Shown one piece after another: positions 38,787 through 48,824 of a stretch of 64,000 nt of DNA. The notes beneath the pieces are model-generated. The model ran no database searches. It was given only the letters and a program-made list of their open reading frames with translations, and was not told the DNA's origin. The first letter of the stretch is position 1. Each line of letters starts with the position of its first letter. The position numbers and the translations under genes were made by a program. Source of the DNA: Acidobacteriota bacterium (GTDB lineage: Bacteria > Acidobacteriota > Thermoanaerobaculia > Multivoradales > UBA5704). The stretch is taken from NCBI GenBank assembly GCA_040005235.1, contig JBDTZG010000026.1, positions 1 through 64,000 on the forward strand. Reading direction: 5' to 3'.

Positions 38787-41199
38787 CTACTCGTACCGCA
38801 GCGCCACCACCGGTTCCACCCGCGTCGCCCTCCGGGCGGGAATCCAGGTGGCGAACAGCGCCACCGCGAGCAGGACGAGCGGCACGCCGACGAAGGTCCA
38901 CGGGTCGCGCGGGGTGACGCCGTAGAGGAGGCTCGCGAGAACCCGGGCGAGGAAGAAGGCGCCCAGCAGGCCGGCCACGGTTCCGGCGAGGACGATGCCC
39001 AGCCCTTCGCGCAGGAGTTGGCGCAGGATCTGGCCCGCGCCGGCTCCCAGCGCCATGCGCAGGCCGATCTCGCGCGTCCGTTCGGCGACCGAGTAGGAGA
39101 GGACGCCGTAGATCCCGACCGCGGAGAGGACGAGCGCGAGCGCCGCGAGCAGGGAGAGGAGGAAGGTCTGGGCGCGCGGCTCGGCGACCGAGTCGTAGAG
39201 CAAGGCGTCGAGCGTCTTGACGTGGGCCACCGGCAGGGCGGGATCGACCTCCCGCACAATCCGGGCGACCGCCGCGGCGAGGCCGGCCGGGTTTACCGCG
39301 GTGCGGATCACCAGAGCCGCCTCGGAGTTGGGCGACTGGAAAATCGGTAGATACGCCTGGTTGCCGGATTCCTCTTTCAGCTCCGAATGATGCACGTCGC
39401 CGACCACTCCCACGACGCGGAACCAGTCCGATTTCTCATCCACCGGGACGTCGAACGAGAACCTCCGCCCGAGCACGCTCTGGCCCGGCCAAATCTTCTC
39501 GGCGAGCGACCGGTTGATCACCGCGACCTTGTCGCCGCCGATCGAGTCGCGCCCGTCAAAAGCGCGCCCCTGGCGCAGCGGAATGCCGAGCGTCGAGAAG
39601 TAGGTCGGCGAAACGAACGCCATGTTCGCGCGCGGCAGATCTGTGACCTCTGCCGGCTGCCCCTCGGCCTGGAAGGCCAGGCGCATGCGGTCGCCCGAGA
39701 GCGGCAGCGGATATCCCGCCGCGGCGTTTTGCACCCCCGGCAGGGCAGCGAGGCGCGGCAGCAGATCGCGGTAGAAAGCGGCCTGCTTTTCCTCTGTGCC
39801 GTACGTCGTATCGGGCAGCGCCACCTGGACGGACAGGGCATGGTCGGAGCGGAATCCCGGCTGCACGTTCTGCAGCGCGCGCAGGCTGCGAATCAACAAC
39901 CCCGCTGAAATCAGCAGGATCATCGCGAGCGCCACCTCGGCGAAGACCAGGGCGGAGCGGGTCCGCCGGCCGCGCCGGTCGCCCGCGCCTTTCGCCCCGT
40001 CGCGCAGCGTCGATTGCAGATTGGGGTTGGAGGCATGAAGGGCCGGCAGCAGCCCGAACAGCAGCCCGGTCGCGAGCGACAGGCCGAGGGTGAACGCGAG
40101 CACCGTCGTATCGACCCCAACCTCGGCGGCGCGCGGGATGCGGTTACCGAACAGGGCGAGCAGGAGAGGCGTACCGAGGGCCGCGAGCCCTGCGCCGAGG
40201 AGGCCTCCCGCCAGCGACAACAGCGTGCTCTCGGTCAGGAACTGGCGGATCAGCCGGCCACGCCCGGCCCCCAGCGCTGTGCGCACCGCCACTTCGCGCT
40301 CCCGCGCGGCGAGCCGCGACAGCAGCAGGTTCGCGACGTTCGCGCAGGCGATCAACAAAACCAGCCCGACCGCGCCGAGCAGGACGAACAGCGCGGGGCG
40401 GATGTTTTCGACCATCGTTTCCTGGAGCGGCGACAAACGGATGCTCCAGTTCGTGTTGGTGTCGGGGTGCGCCTTGGCGAGGCGGGCCGCGATCCCGCTC
40501 ATCTCGGCCTGCGCTCGGGCAAGCGTCACCGCCCGGGCCGAGGCGGCCGAGTACGCGCAGGAAGTGGCCGCCGCGCTGCTCTTCGGCAACCTCCAGCCGC
40601 AGCGGCAGCCAGAGATCGACGCCGCGCGGCAGGTCTAGGGTGGCCGGCATCACACCGACGATCAGCGTCGGCTTGCCGTTCATCATCATCAGCCGCCGGC
40701 CGACGACGCCGGGGTCGCCGCCGAAGCGCCGCTGCCAGAGGCGCGAGGAGAGCACCGCCACGTGCGGTCCGCCGGGGACGTCCTCCGCGGGCAAGAGCGG
40801 CCGGCCAGCCAACGGTTGAAGCCCCAGCAGGCCGAAGAAATCGCCGGAGACCCGTCCCGCGAACAGGCGCTCGGGTTCCCCTTCGCCGGTCAGGTTGACG
40901 TTGTCGGTCCCCATCGCGGCGAGGTGCGAGAAGACCTTGTTCTGCTCCCGCCAGTCGGCGAAATCGGGCGGCGACGTCGCCCCCGCGCGTAGACCGTCCG
41001 GCGCTACGTCGATCAGGCGGATCACCCGCTCCGGCTGGGAAAACGGCAACGGCTTGAGCAGCACCGCCTGCACCACGCTGAAGATCGCGGTGTTCGCGCC
41101 GATTCCGAGCGCGAGCGCCGCGACCGCGATCAGGGTCAGGCTCGGGTGCTTCCACAGGCTGCGCCAGGCAAATCGAAGATCGGTGCCGAAGCTCTCCAT
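38787..41199 (-). pseudogene. ADOP/MacB-like duplicated ABC permease with a +1 frameshift (or sequencing error)
   Basis: LALGIGANTAIFSVV, LLIACANVANLLL, REIGLRMALGA, ARRATRVEPVVALRYE. One extra base near 40530 (GGC G GTG ACG) joins the two ORFs. Confidence 0.88.
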
Positions 41200-41257
41200 T
41201 GCGAGCTCTCCTCAGAAAACAGAATTCGCTCCCCCGAGCCGGGGGATCTCTTTAGAG

Positions 41258-41283
41258 AACGCAGAACGCGGCGCAAGGTTGCA
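41258..41283 (-). promoter_or_regulatory. putative ECF sigma promoter
   Basis: Minus strand TGCAAC-N16-CGTT, about 60 nt upstream of the permease ATG. Confidence 0.5.
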
Positions 41284-41301
41284 GACGGAAGGGCGGGTGC
41301 C

Positions 41302-41680
41302 GGAAGCCGCCATCGGCCACCAACAGCGTTTCTGCGGCCTTCGAGAGCGGCTATCTGGCCCTGGATCTGCGCATCGCCCGTCTATACCCGCTTTCGGCGC
41401 CTGGATCGCGGGCAGCGCTCTTCGAAAGCCGCTATCGCCCGAGGAGAACGACGTTACAGCGGCGGATAGCGGCTATCGCTCTCGGCCGGCCGCCAGCGGC
41501 CAAGGAATCACGCGTTTTTCCTTCTGCATCCCGCTCTCCGCGCCGGATGGCCGAATCCAGCGGCGGAAAGCCGCTATCGGCGGTTGCGCCGCGAGCGCAG
41601 CGGGCGCCAACGCTCGGCGAAGCTCGCTGAGCGAATTCTCCGCTCGGCAGTGAGCCCGCCGGAGCGCATAGCGGTATTGC
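41302..41680. repeat. phased array of degenerate palindromes GATAGCnGCTATC, 20/20/21-bp spacing
   Basis: Best copies at 41343 GAGAGCGGCTATC, 41424 GAAAGCCGCTATC, 41465 GATAGCGGCTATC and 41566 GAAAGCCGCTATC, with weaker copies in register between them. Confidence 0.7.
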
Positions 41681-41696
41681 GTCGGCGCTGCGAGAA

Positions 41697-42635
41697 TTAC
41701 CGCCGCCGCAGGCGCCGCGCGGCCATCAGGCCCAAGCCGCTTGCCAGCGCCGCAAGGCCGAATACGTCGAGCGTTGGGATCGCCAGCACCGTGAGCCCGT
41801 CGGAATCGGTCGCCGTGTTGTTCCCCGGCGTCGGATCGGGGATGGCTGGAGGCGCCGTGATCGTCGCTGTGTTCACCAAAGGCGCGGCCGTTCCCGGGGC
41901 GATCGAGCAAATCGCGGTATAGGTGGCGGTTCCCCCGGCGGGTAGGTTGACGAGGTCGTTGATATTGCCCGCTCCGCCGGCCGTGCAGGTCGCTCCTCCA
42001 GCCCCCACGCAGGTCCAATTACAGGTCAGCGAGGCGGGGAAGGTATCGGCCACCGTGGCGCCCGGAGCGTCCGACGGGCCGGCGTTGCTGGCCACGATCG
42101 TGTATGTCGTCGAACCGCCGGCCGTAAAGGTGCTCGAGCCGTCGCTCTTCGAGATCGCGAGGTCGGCGATTGGATTCAGCCCATTTGAATCGGTGGCCGA
42201 GTTGTTCACGCCGACCGGGTCGGAAAAGCCCGCGGGCGAAGTGATCGTCGCGGTGTTGAAGAACGACAGCGTCGCATTCGACGCGATGTCGCAGGTCACC
42301 GTCACCACGACCTGGCCGCCGACCGGCAGATCGACCGACTGATTCGCGCTCGGCTCGCCGCCCGCGGGGACCGAGCACAATCCTCCAAGCTGCCCCACGC
42401 AGGTCCACGTGCAGTTTTCGAGCGGCGCGGTGAACAGATCCCCGAACGCCGATCCGGGCGCGTTGCTCGGCCCCGCGTTGCTCGCGATGATCGTGTAGGT
42501 GATCGTCCCGCCCGGCGTCGAGGTGAGAGCGCCATCGGTCTTGGTGATCGAAAGATCGGCCGTCGGGTTGCCCGCCCAGGCGGCGGAAGCCCCGAGGGCG
42601 AAGAGGACTGCGAGAGAAGCGAGTGGCTTGAGCAT
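41697..42635 (-). CDS. DUF11 repeat surface protein with IPTL-CTERM sorting signal
   Basis: Signal peptide, two ADL.I.K.DG...TYTI.ASNAGPS.A...NN.ATDS repeats, C-terminal AIPTLDVFGLAALASGLGLMAARRLRRR. Confidence 0.92.
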   Translation of the reverse strand: MLKPLASLAVLFALGASAAWAGNPTADLSITKTDGALTSTPGGTITYTIIASNAGPSNAPGSAFGDLFTAPLENCTWTCVGQLGGLCSVPAGGEPSANQSVDLPVGGQVVVTVTCDIASNATLSFFNTATITSPAGFSDPVGVNNSATDSNGLNPIADLAISKSDGSSTFTAGGSTTYTIVASNAGPSDAPGATVADTFPASLTCNWTCVGAGGATCTAGGAGNINDLVNLPAGGTATYTAICSIAPGTAAPLVNTATITAPPAIPDPTPGNNTATDSDGLTVLAIPTLDVFGLAALASGLGLMAARRLRRR

Positions 42636-42716
42636 CGTGAATCTCCCAGAATACGAAACGAGTGGGCGCGAAATTGAACGGCTAAGGTTCCAGCGAATCG
42701 TATCGCGAGCAGGCAC

Positions 42717-42749
42717 AAAAAACCCCGAAGCCTTCCGGCTCCGGGGTTT
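42717..42749 (-). terminator. rho-independent terminator
   Basis: Minus strand AAACCCCGGAGCC-GGAA-GGCTTCGGGGTTTTTT. Confidence 0.85.
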
Positions 42750-42776
42750 GAATCGTCGAGCTTTTTGTCCTCGGGC

Positions 42777-43148
42777 TTAGTGGATCACTTCCACCGTGCC
42801 GGTCGAGGGGTACCACTCCTCGGCGTTCGAGGCGACACCGGAGCATTGGAGAGTTTCGAGATTCAGGGTGACCGTCAACGTATAACCTGAATCTGAAAGG
42901 TACGACACCAAATGCACGTCCGGTGCGACCTCGAAGGAGGCATAGGGGACCCCCTTCGGTTCCTTGCCGTTCGCGGACGGTTCCGCTTCGGTCGATTTCG
43001 CCGGTTGTTTCTTGGCGCCGTTTACATCGCGCCAAGCCACAGTGCCGTCGGGGAAGAACGTGTGCTCGTAGGTCTTCCCGGCCGTGGGGCCGTCTTCAAA
43101 AGTCCAGCGAATCGTTTGACCCGCCAGAGATCGTTTTGTTTGATTCAT
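42777..43148 (-). CDS. small beta-barrel protein (MoaF N-terminal/calycin-like)
   Basis: LAGQTIRWTF..G..YEHTF..DGTV.W and EVAPDVHLVSY...GYTLTVTLN; GAGG upstream. Confidence 0.7.
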   Translation of the reverse strand: MNQTKRSLAGQTIRWTFEDGPTAGKTYEHTFFPDGTVAWRDVNGAKKQPAKSTEAEPSANGKEPKGVPYASFEVAPDVHLVSYLSDSGYTLTVTLNLETLQCSGVASNAEEWYPSTGTVEVIH

Positions 43149-43204
43149 CGTGCCCTCATCTCCAAGTGATGTGTGAGGTGTTGCCCCCACGAAACCTAGG
43201 AGAT

Positions 43205-43220
43205 TGCAGGGGGTGTGCCA
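43205..43220 (-). promoter_or_regulatory. sigma54 -24/-12 promoter
   Basis: Minus strand TGGCACACCCCCTGCA, close to the TGGCAC-N5-TTGCA consensus. Confidence 0.7.
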
Positions 43221-43543
43221 TGCTCTATAAGCCACATGGAGAGAATAGTTTGCGGCAAATCCGAAAGATGTAAGGCGAGAGTGTCGACGCCCGGTGGTCC
43301 TCGCTGATTTTGCCGCCGCCGGAAAGTTCTGCGTAAGGAAGAAAGAGGTGCGGTAGGCGTGAGAGGATGCCCCGAAGGCGCCTGGCCGTTCAATGAGCGC
43401 GAGTTCGTGGATGTTTTTGGGTTGAGTAAGAAGGGCCACCCGGGGCAAAGAGGCGTAGGATGCAGGTCAGGCACTTCTCGGCTTCAAGCGACAAGGTACC
43501 ACCGCGAAGTCGGTCGTACGCGGTTGGGCGACGGGAGTCGGAA

Positions 43544-46348
43544 ATGGCGAATGGGAACAAGGGTCGGGCGAAAGCCCCTTCGGGGGCCGAGCGGATGCTC
43601 AGGTCCCAGCCGCCCGCCCAGCCGGTCGCGGGAGAAGGTTCTGCCGACGGAACGGACGAAGCGGGCGATCATGGCCTCTTCCCGGTGATTGGAATCGGTG
43701 CCTCGGCCGGGGGGCTCGCGGCGTTCGAGGCGTTTTTCTCCGGCATGCCGGCCGGTGCGGACACGGGAATGGCGTTCGTGCTGGTGCAGCACCTGGCGCC
43801 GGACCACAAGAGCCTTTTGGCCGATCTGATCCGCCGCAGGACCCGCATGCAGGTCTTCGAGATCGAGGACGGCATGCCGGTGCAGCCCAACCGCGTCTAC
43901 ATCATTCCGCCCAACCATGACCTGGCGTTCTTGCATGGGACGCTGCAGCTGCTCGATCCGGCCGAGGCGAGAGGCCAGCGCCTGCCGATCGATTTCTTCT
44001 TTCGCTCGCTCGCCGCGGACCTGCGGGAGTGCGCGATCGGCATCGTGCTGTCCGGCACCGGGGCCGACGGCACCCAAGGGGTGCGGGCGATCAAGGCCCA
44101 AGGCGGCATGGTGATGGCGCAGACCCTCGCGTCCACCGAGTTCGACGGCATGCCGAGGAGCGCGGTCGGCACCGGCCTGGTGGATTACGAGCTGCCTCCG
44201 GCCGAGATGCCCGCCCGGCTGATCGACTACGTCGCGCGCTCGTTCGGCAAGCTACCGCGTTCGGCCACCGTCACGCCGACGCAGGAGTCGAAGGCGCTCG
44301 AAAAAGTCTTCGTCCTGCTGCGCGCCCAGACCGGCCACGATTTCTCAGGTTACAAGCCGAGCACGATCGAGCGGCGGATCGAGCGGCGCATGGCGATCCA
44401 CCAGGTCGAAACGCTCGACGGCTACGCCAAGTATCTGCAGCGGACCCCGGCCGAGGTGGAGGCTTTGTTTCGCGACCTGCTGATCGGCGTCACCCATTTC
44501 TTCCGCGATACGGAAGCCTTCGAGGTGCTGGAGCGGGAGGTCATTCCCTCGCTCTTTGCCGGCAAGCCCGCGGGTGCCCCGATTCGCGTCTGGTCGGTGG
44601 GGTGCTCCACCGGCGAAGAGGCCTATTCGCTCGCCATTCTTCTGCAAGAGCGGAAGGAGGCGATCAAGGCCACCAACTCGGTGCAGGTGTTCGCCACCGA
44701 CATCGACAGCGTGGCAATCGCCACGGCCCGGCTGGGAATCTATCCGGCGAGTCTCGACATGGACATCTCGCCGGAGCGGCTGGCGCGCTTCTTTTCCCTA
44801 GAGCCCGACGGCGGCGTGTATCGGATTCACAAACGCATTCGCGACCTGCTGATCTTTTCCGAGCAGGATGTGATCAAAGACCCGCCGTTTTCCAAGCTCG
44901 ATCTGATCTGTTGCCGCAACCTCTTGATCTATCTCGGGGCCGACCTGCAGAAGAGAGTCATTCCCCTCTTTCACTATGCCTTGAACCCGGAGGGACGGCT
45001 GTTCCTCGGGACGTCCGAAGGGGTCGGCGAATTCTCCGATCTGTTCGCGGTCCTCGACCGCAAGTCGAAGTTGTACAAGCGGAAAGAAGAACCGGGCGGA
45101 CGGGAGCGCCAGGCATTGCGCCGGGTTCTGGAGAGCCGGACGGCGATCGATGTTGCGCTGAGGCTTCCCGCCAAGACGGCCTTTCGCGGGAAGCTGCCGC
45201 TTCGCGAGCTGGTCGAGCAGACGCTCCTTGAGCAGGGGGTGCCGCCCTGCGCGTTGGTCAACGGCCAGGGCGACATCCTCTACCAGCACGGCCGCACCGG
45301 TCTGTTCCTGGAGCCGGCGCCGGGCGAAGCGGGGATCACCAACGTTATGAAGATGGCGCGCGAGGGGCTGCGGCCCGGCTTGACCACCAGCCTGCATCGC
45401 GCGGTGAGCCGCCAGGAGGTGGTGCGAGCCGCCAATCTTCGGGTCAAGGCCAACGGCCATTTCATCCGGGTCCATCTGACGATTCGCCCGGTCGCAGTCC
45501 GTCCGGGTGGAGAAGGCACCCCCGCTCTTTTCATGGTCCTGTTCGAAGAGGCACCGGATGCCGAAACCGGCGCGGCGCAGACGGCCGCCACGGCGGCGGA
45601 CGGCGGAACCGAAACTCCGGTCGCGCGGATCGCGACGCTGGAGCAGGAATTGCGGGCCAAGGAGGAATACCTTCAAACCACGCACGAGGAGCTGGAGAGC
45701 TCGATCGACGAGTTGCGCACCTCGAATCAGGAAATGCAGTCGATCAACGAGGAGCTGCAATCCACCAACGAGGAGCTGGAGACCTCGAAGGAAGAGCTGC
45801 AGTCGGTCAACGAAGAGCTGGCGACGGTGAACAACGAGTTGCAGACCAAGGTGGCCGACCTGTCGCAGACCAACAACGACATGAACAACCTGCTCGCCGG
45901 CACCGGGATCGCGACTGTCTTCGTCGATCACCAGCTGCAGATTCTGCGCTTCACCCCCACCGCGTCGCAGTTGATCCACCTGATCAAAAGCGACGTGGGC
46001 CGGCCGGTCGGGCACCTGGTCTCCAATCTGGTCGGTTATGACAGCCTGGTGGCCGACGTGCAAGAGGTGCTGGACACCCTGGTCCCGAAGGACGCGCAGG
46101 TGGCGACCCAGGCCGGCCTCTGGTTCACCATGCGCATCCGCCCCTATCGCACGCTGGACAACGTCATCGAAGGGGCGGTGATCACTTTCGTCGACATCAC
46201 CGAAACCAAGCACGCCCAGGAGGCGCTCGCCCTTGCGAACGATCGGATCCGGCAGGCGATGATGGCGCGCGACGCCGAAGAGGTCCTCGTCCTAGAGGAA
46301 AGACGACGAGGCGTGGCGATCAGCCGCAACGAAGGAGGCGCAGAGTGA
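43544..46348 (+). CDS. CheB methylesterase-CheR methyltransferase fusion with coiled coil and PAS
   Basis: IGASAGGL, VQHL, LSGTGADG (CheB); IGVTHFFRD, GCSTGEEAYS, CRNLLIY (CheR); EELQSTNEEL heptads; PAS_10. Confidence 0.93.
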   Translation: MANGNKGRAKAPSGAERMLRSQPPAQPVAGEGSADGTDEAGDHGLFPVIGIGASAGGLAAFEAFFSGMPAGADTGMAFVLVQHLAPDHKSLLADLIRRRTRMQVFEIEDGMPVQPNRVYIIPPNHDLAFLHGTLQLLDPAEARGQRLPIDFFFRSLAADLRECAIGIVLSGTGADGTQGVRAIKAQGGMVMAQTLASTEFDGMPRSAVGTGLVDYELPPAEMPARLIDYVARSFGKLPRSATVTPTQESKALEKVFVLLRAQTGHDFSGYKPSTIERRIERRMAIHQVETLDGYAKYLQRTPAEVEALFRDLLIGVTHFFRDTEAFEVLEREVIPSLFAGKPAGAPIRVWSVGCSTGEEAYSLAILLQERKEAIKATNSVQVFATDIDSVAIATARLGIYPASLDMDISPERLARFFSLEPDGGVYRIHKRIRDLLIFSEQDVIKDPPFSKLDLICCRNLLIYLGADLQKRVIPLFHYALNPEGRLFLGTSEGVGEFSDLFAVLDRKSKLYKRKEEPGGRERQALRRVLESRTAIDVALRLPAKTAFRGKLPLRELVEQTLLEQGVPPCALVNGQGDILYQHGRTGLFLEPAPGEAGITNVMKMAREGLRPGLTTSLHRAVSRQEVVRAANLRVKANGHFIRVHLTIRPVAVRPGGEGTPALFMVLFEEAPDAETGAAQTAATAADGGTETPVARIATLEQELRAKEEYLQTTHEELESSIDELRTSNQEMQSINEELQSTNEELETSKEELQSVNEELATVNNELQTKVADLSQTNNDMNNLLAGTGIATVFVDHQLQILRFTPTASQLIHLIKSDVGRPVGHLVSNLVGYDSLVADVQEVLDTLVPKDAQVATQAGLWFTMRIRPYRTLDNVIEGAVITFVDITETKHAQEALALANDRIRQAMMARDAEEVLVLEERRRGVAISRNEGGAE

Positions 46349-46415
46349 GCAACCAAGAACCCCGACCCTCCGGCATCGAAGGGGCGCGCAGGCTCGAAAC
46401 GGATGGAGACAGCTC

Positions 46416-47042
46416 ATGAGCCGGCAGGGGCTTTTCGCCGGACCCCTCGGCTCCCTCTCGCCGGAAGAGCGGGAGGCCGCGGGCCACCTTCTGCGCCAAC
46501 GGGCCGAAGCGATCGCCCAAGCCCGAGGAGCTCGGCCGAGAGCCCGGTTAGAGGGCTTGTCTCTCGAAGAGACGCAAGAGATTCTTCACGAGCTGATGGT
46601 GCATCACATCGAGCTTGAGATGCAGAATGAAGAGCTGCATCGCGTGCAGGAGCAGCTGGACGCGGCGCGTGCGCGCTATTTCGACCTCTACGACTTGGCA
46701 CCGTTGGGCTATTGCACGCTCGACGAGCTGGACGTGATCGTGGAGGCCAACCTCACCCTCGCCGACCTGTTGAGCGTGTCCCGGGACGAGCTGGTCGACC
46801 TGCCGATCTCCCGTTTCATCTACCGGGACGACGAAGACGTCTTTTACCTGCTCAAGAAGCGCCTGGCGACGATCAGAGGGGCGCAGTCGCGCGAGCTGCG
46901 GATGGTAAAGTCCGGCGGTACGCCGGTCCCGGTCAGCCTGGTGGCGAGCCTCGGTCGTGCCGCCGACGGTACGCCCGAGCTTCGTTGCATGGTGACCGAT
47001 ATTTCAGGGCGAAAGCCTGCCGGCCGCGACCGTACCGCGTGA
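46416..47042 (+). CDS. PAS domain protein without output domain
   Basis: HELMVHHIELEMQNEEL, YFDLYDLAPLGY, ends right after PAC (TDISGRK). Confidence 0.8.
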   Translation: MSRQGLFAGPLGSLSPEEREAAGHLLRQRAEAIAQARGARPRARLEGLSLEETQEILHELMVHHIELEMQNEELHRVQEQLDAARARYFDLYDLAPLGYCTLDELDVIVEANLTLADLLSVSRDELVDLPISRFIYRDDEDVFYLLKKRLATIRGAQSRELRMVKSGGTPVPVSLVASLGRAADGTPELRCMVTDISGRKPAGRDRTA

Positions 47043-47096
47043 GACGCGGGGATCATCGACACTCCTTTCCGAATGTAAAAGTGACGACGGGGTCTC

Positions 47097-47855
47097 CTAG
47101 CGAAGCCAGAGGTAGACGAGCGCGGCCAGAGCGATCAGGGTGATCCAGAACCCGGGGCGTTCGAGCATCCGCACCGCCGCCCGGCCGGCCGCTGCGGCCC
47201 CGATCGCGCCGACGTCCAAAACTTCGGGCGTCTGGAACGGCGCGGCGGGAACGACCCCGGCGACCACCGCTTCGGCGACCGCCATCGCCGCCCCCGGAAC
47301 GTGCGCGATTTCCTCCGCGATCGCCGCCCCCGGAGCGGGCGCGCTTTCCTCCGCGCCCTCCGCCGAGGGGGGCACAGGCGCCTCCGAGGGGTCCGCGGCG
47401 GGGGTCTCCAGCTGGCGCCGCATGGCGTCGGAAAACTTGCCGAACATCTGATCGCTCACGTCCTGGATCATGCCGCGGCCGAACTGCGCGAGGATGCCGA
47501 AGACGTTGACGTCCGAGACCACCGTCACCTCGGTCTCTTCCGGAGAGCGGGCGACGACGCGGCTTTTCATCCGCATGTCGGCGCCCCCCTTTCCTTTCGT
47601 CTCCTGGCCCGAGCCCGACAGCTCGGCCTCGCCCGCCGCCTCGTCGAGGCGCTCGAAGCGCAGCTTGCCGCGATAGCTCGCGGTCACCGGGCCGACCTTG
47701 ACGTTCATCGTCCCCTTGTACTCCTGGTCGCTCACCTTCTCGGTGATCGCCGCTCCCGGCAGACAGCTCGCGACCCGGTACGGGTCGATCAGGAAACTCC
47801 ATACCGCGGGCGCCGCGGCGCGGACCACGAAACTCTTCTCGATTTGCATTCCCAT
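47097..47855 (-). CDS. SRPBCC/CoxG family protein
   Basis: VWSFLIDP..VASCLPGA, VKVGPV, GILAQFGRGMI, C-terminal TM anchor. Confidence 0.88.
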   Translation of the reverse strand: MGMQIEKSFVVRAAAPAVWSFLIDPYRVASCLPGAAITEKVSDQEYKGTMNVKVGPVTASYRGKLRFERLDEAAGEAELSGSGQETKGKGGADMRMKSRVVARSPEETEVTVVSDVNVFGILAQFGRGMIQDVSDQMFGKFSDAMRRQLETPAADPSEAPVPPSAEGAEESAPAPGAAIAEEIAHVPGAAMAVAEAVVAGVVPAAPFQTPEVLDVGAIGAAAAGRAAVRMLERPGFWITLIALAALVYLWLR

Positions 47856-47920
47856 GGGGCGGACTCTTTCACAAGGAGAGCAGAGGAACGAGCCGTAGTT
47901 AGTGTGACTCAATCCGCCAG

Positions 47921-47977
47921 GTGTCCTTCCTGGAAGGCCGCATTCCGCCCAATGTGTCCTTGACAGAAGGCCACATT
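47921..47977 (+). promoter_or_regulatory. tandem palindromic operators upstream of the AAA/DUF4143 gene
   Basis: GTGTCCTT-N5-AAGGCC(G/A)CATT at 47921 and 47954; the second copy contains TTGACA. Confidence 0.6.
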
Positions 47978-47994
47978 GGCCCTCGCGTGCCGGT

Positions 47995-48758
47995 ATGAGC
48001 CTTCATCCCGTTCTGGCCGAGAAGCTGAGCGCCGCTCTGGAAGAGGGCCCACCGGAGGTTTTGACGCGGCGCGATGCTCGACTTCCTGGGATCGCCGGCA
48101 AGGTGCATGCGGTAATTGGGATGCGCCGCGCGGGGAAGACCACGTTTCTGCGCCAGCTCTTGAATGATCGCCGGGCGAAGGGGCCTCTGGAGCGGGCGGT
48201 CTATCTAAGCTTCGACGACGACCGACTCGCCGTGTTGGACCTGGAGCAGCTCGGCTTTCTTCTCGAAGAGTACTACCGCCGTTTTCCCGCGCTTCGCGGG
48301 CGCGAGACGGTTTCCTGGTGCCGCTCGCTACGGATTCGGAACGGCAGCAGAACTCGAATCCGCGAAAGCTGTATCCCGCGGATCCGGGATTGATCCAGGC
48401 CTTCGACGCGAGCGGCCGGTCGAATCTCGGCCATGCGTTGGAAACCGTGGTGCATAACGAGCTGGAGCGGCGCGGCGCCGAGGTTGGCTATGTCAAAACC
48501 GCCGACGGTTTCGAGGTGGATTTCCTGGCTTGTCGGCCGGAAGGCGGAGAAGAACTGATCCAGGTGTGCGCGGACCTGTCAGCACCCGAGACCCGTGCGC
48601 GGGAGCTCCGGGCGCTTAACGCGGCGGGAGCGTCTTATCCGCACGCGAGGCAGCGATTGTTGGTTCTCGATCGCGAATCGTCCGCGTCGGCCGACGTGCC
48701 GGGAATCGAGGTCCGGCCCGCCCACGAATGGCTGCTGTCGCCGCAGGTAGAAGGCTGA
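47995..48758 (+). pseudogene. AAA_14 ATPase/DUF4143 gene with a large internal deletion
   Basis: Walker A GMRRAGKT and YLSFDDDRL, then an out-of-frame jump near 48318 to PRKLYPADPG...ETVVHNEL...EVDF. Walker B and the middle are absent. Confidence 0.85.
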
Positions 48759-48824
48759 GCAATCGCCGCGCCGCCTTCTGATAGATTTCTCGCCGAACCC
48801 TGACCTTTGAGGAGGTTGCCGGCA

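Noticed and set aside
43250-43320. c-di-GMP-I riboswitch-like GGCAAA...GAAA
   Set aside because: Lacks the GGGACGCAAAGC segment and P2 pairing. More likely activator sites for the sigma54 promoter.
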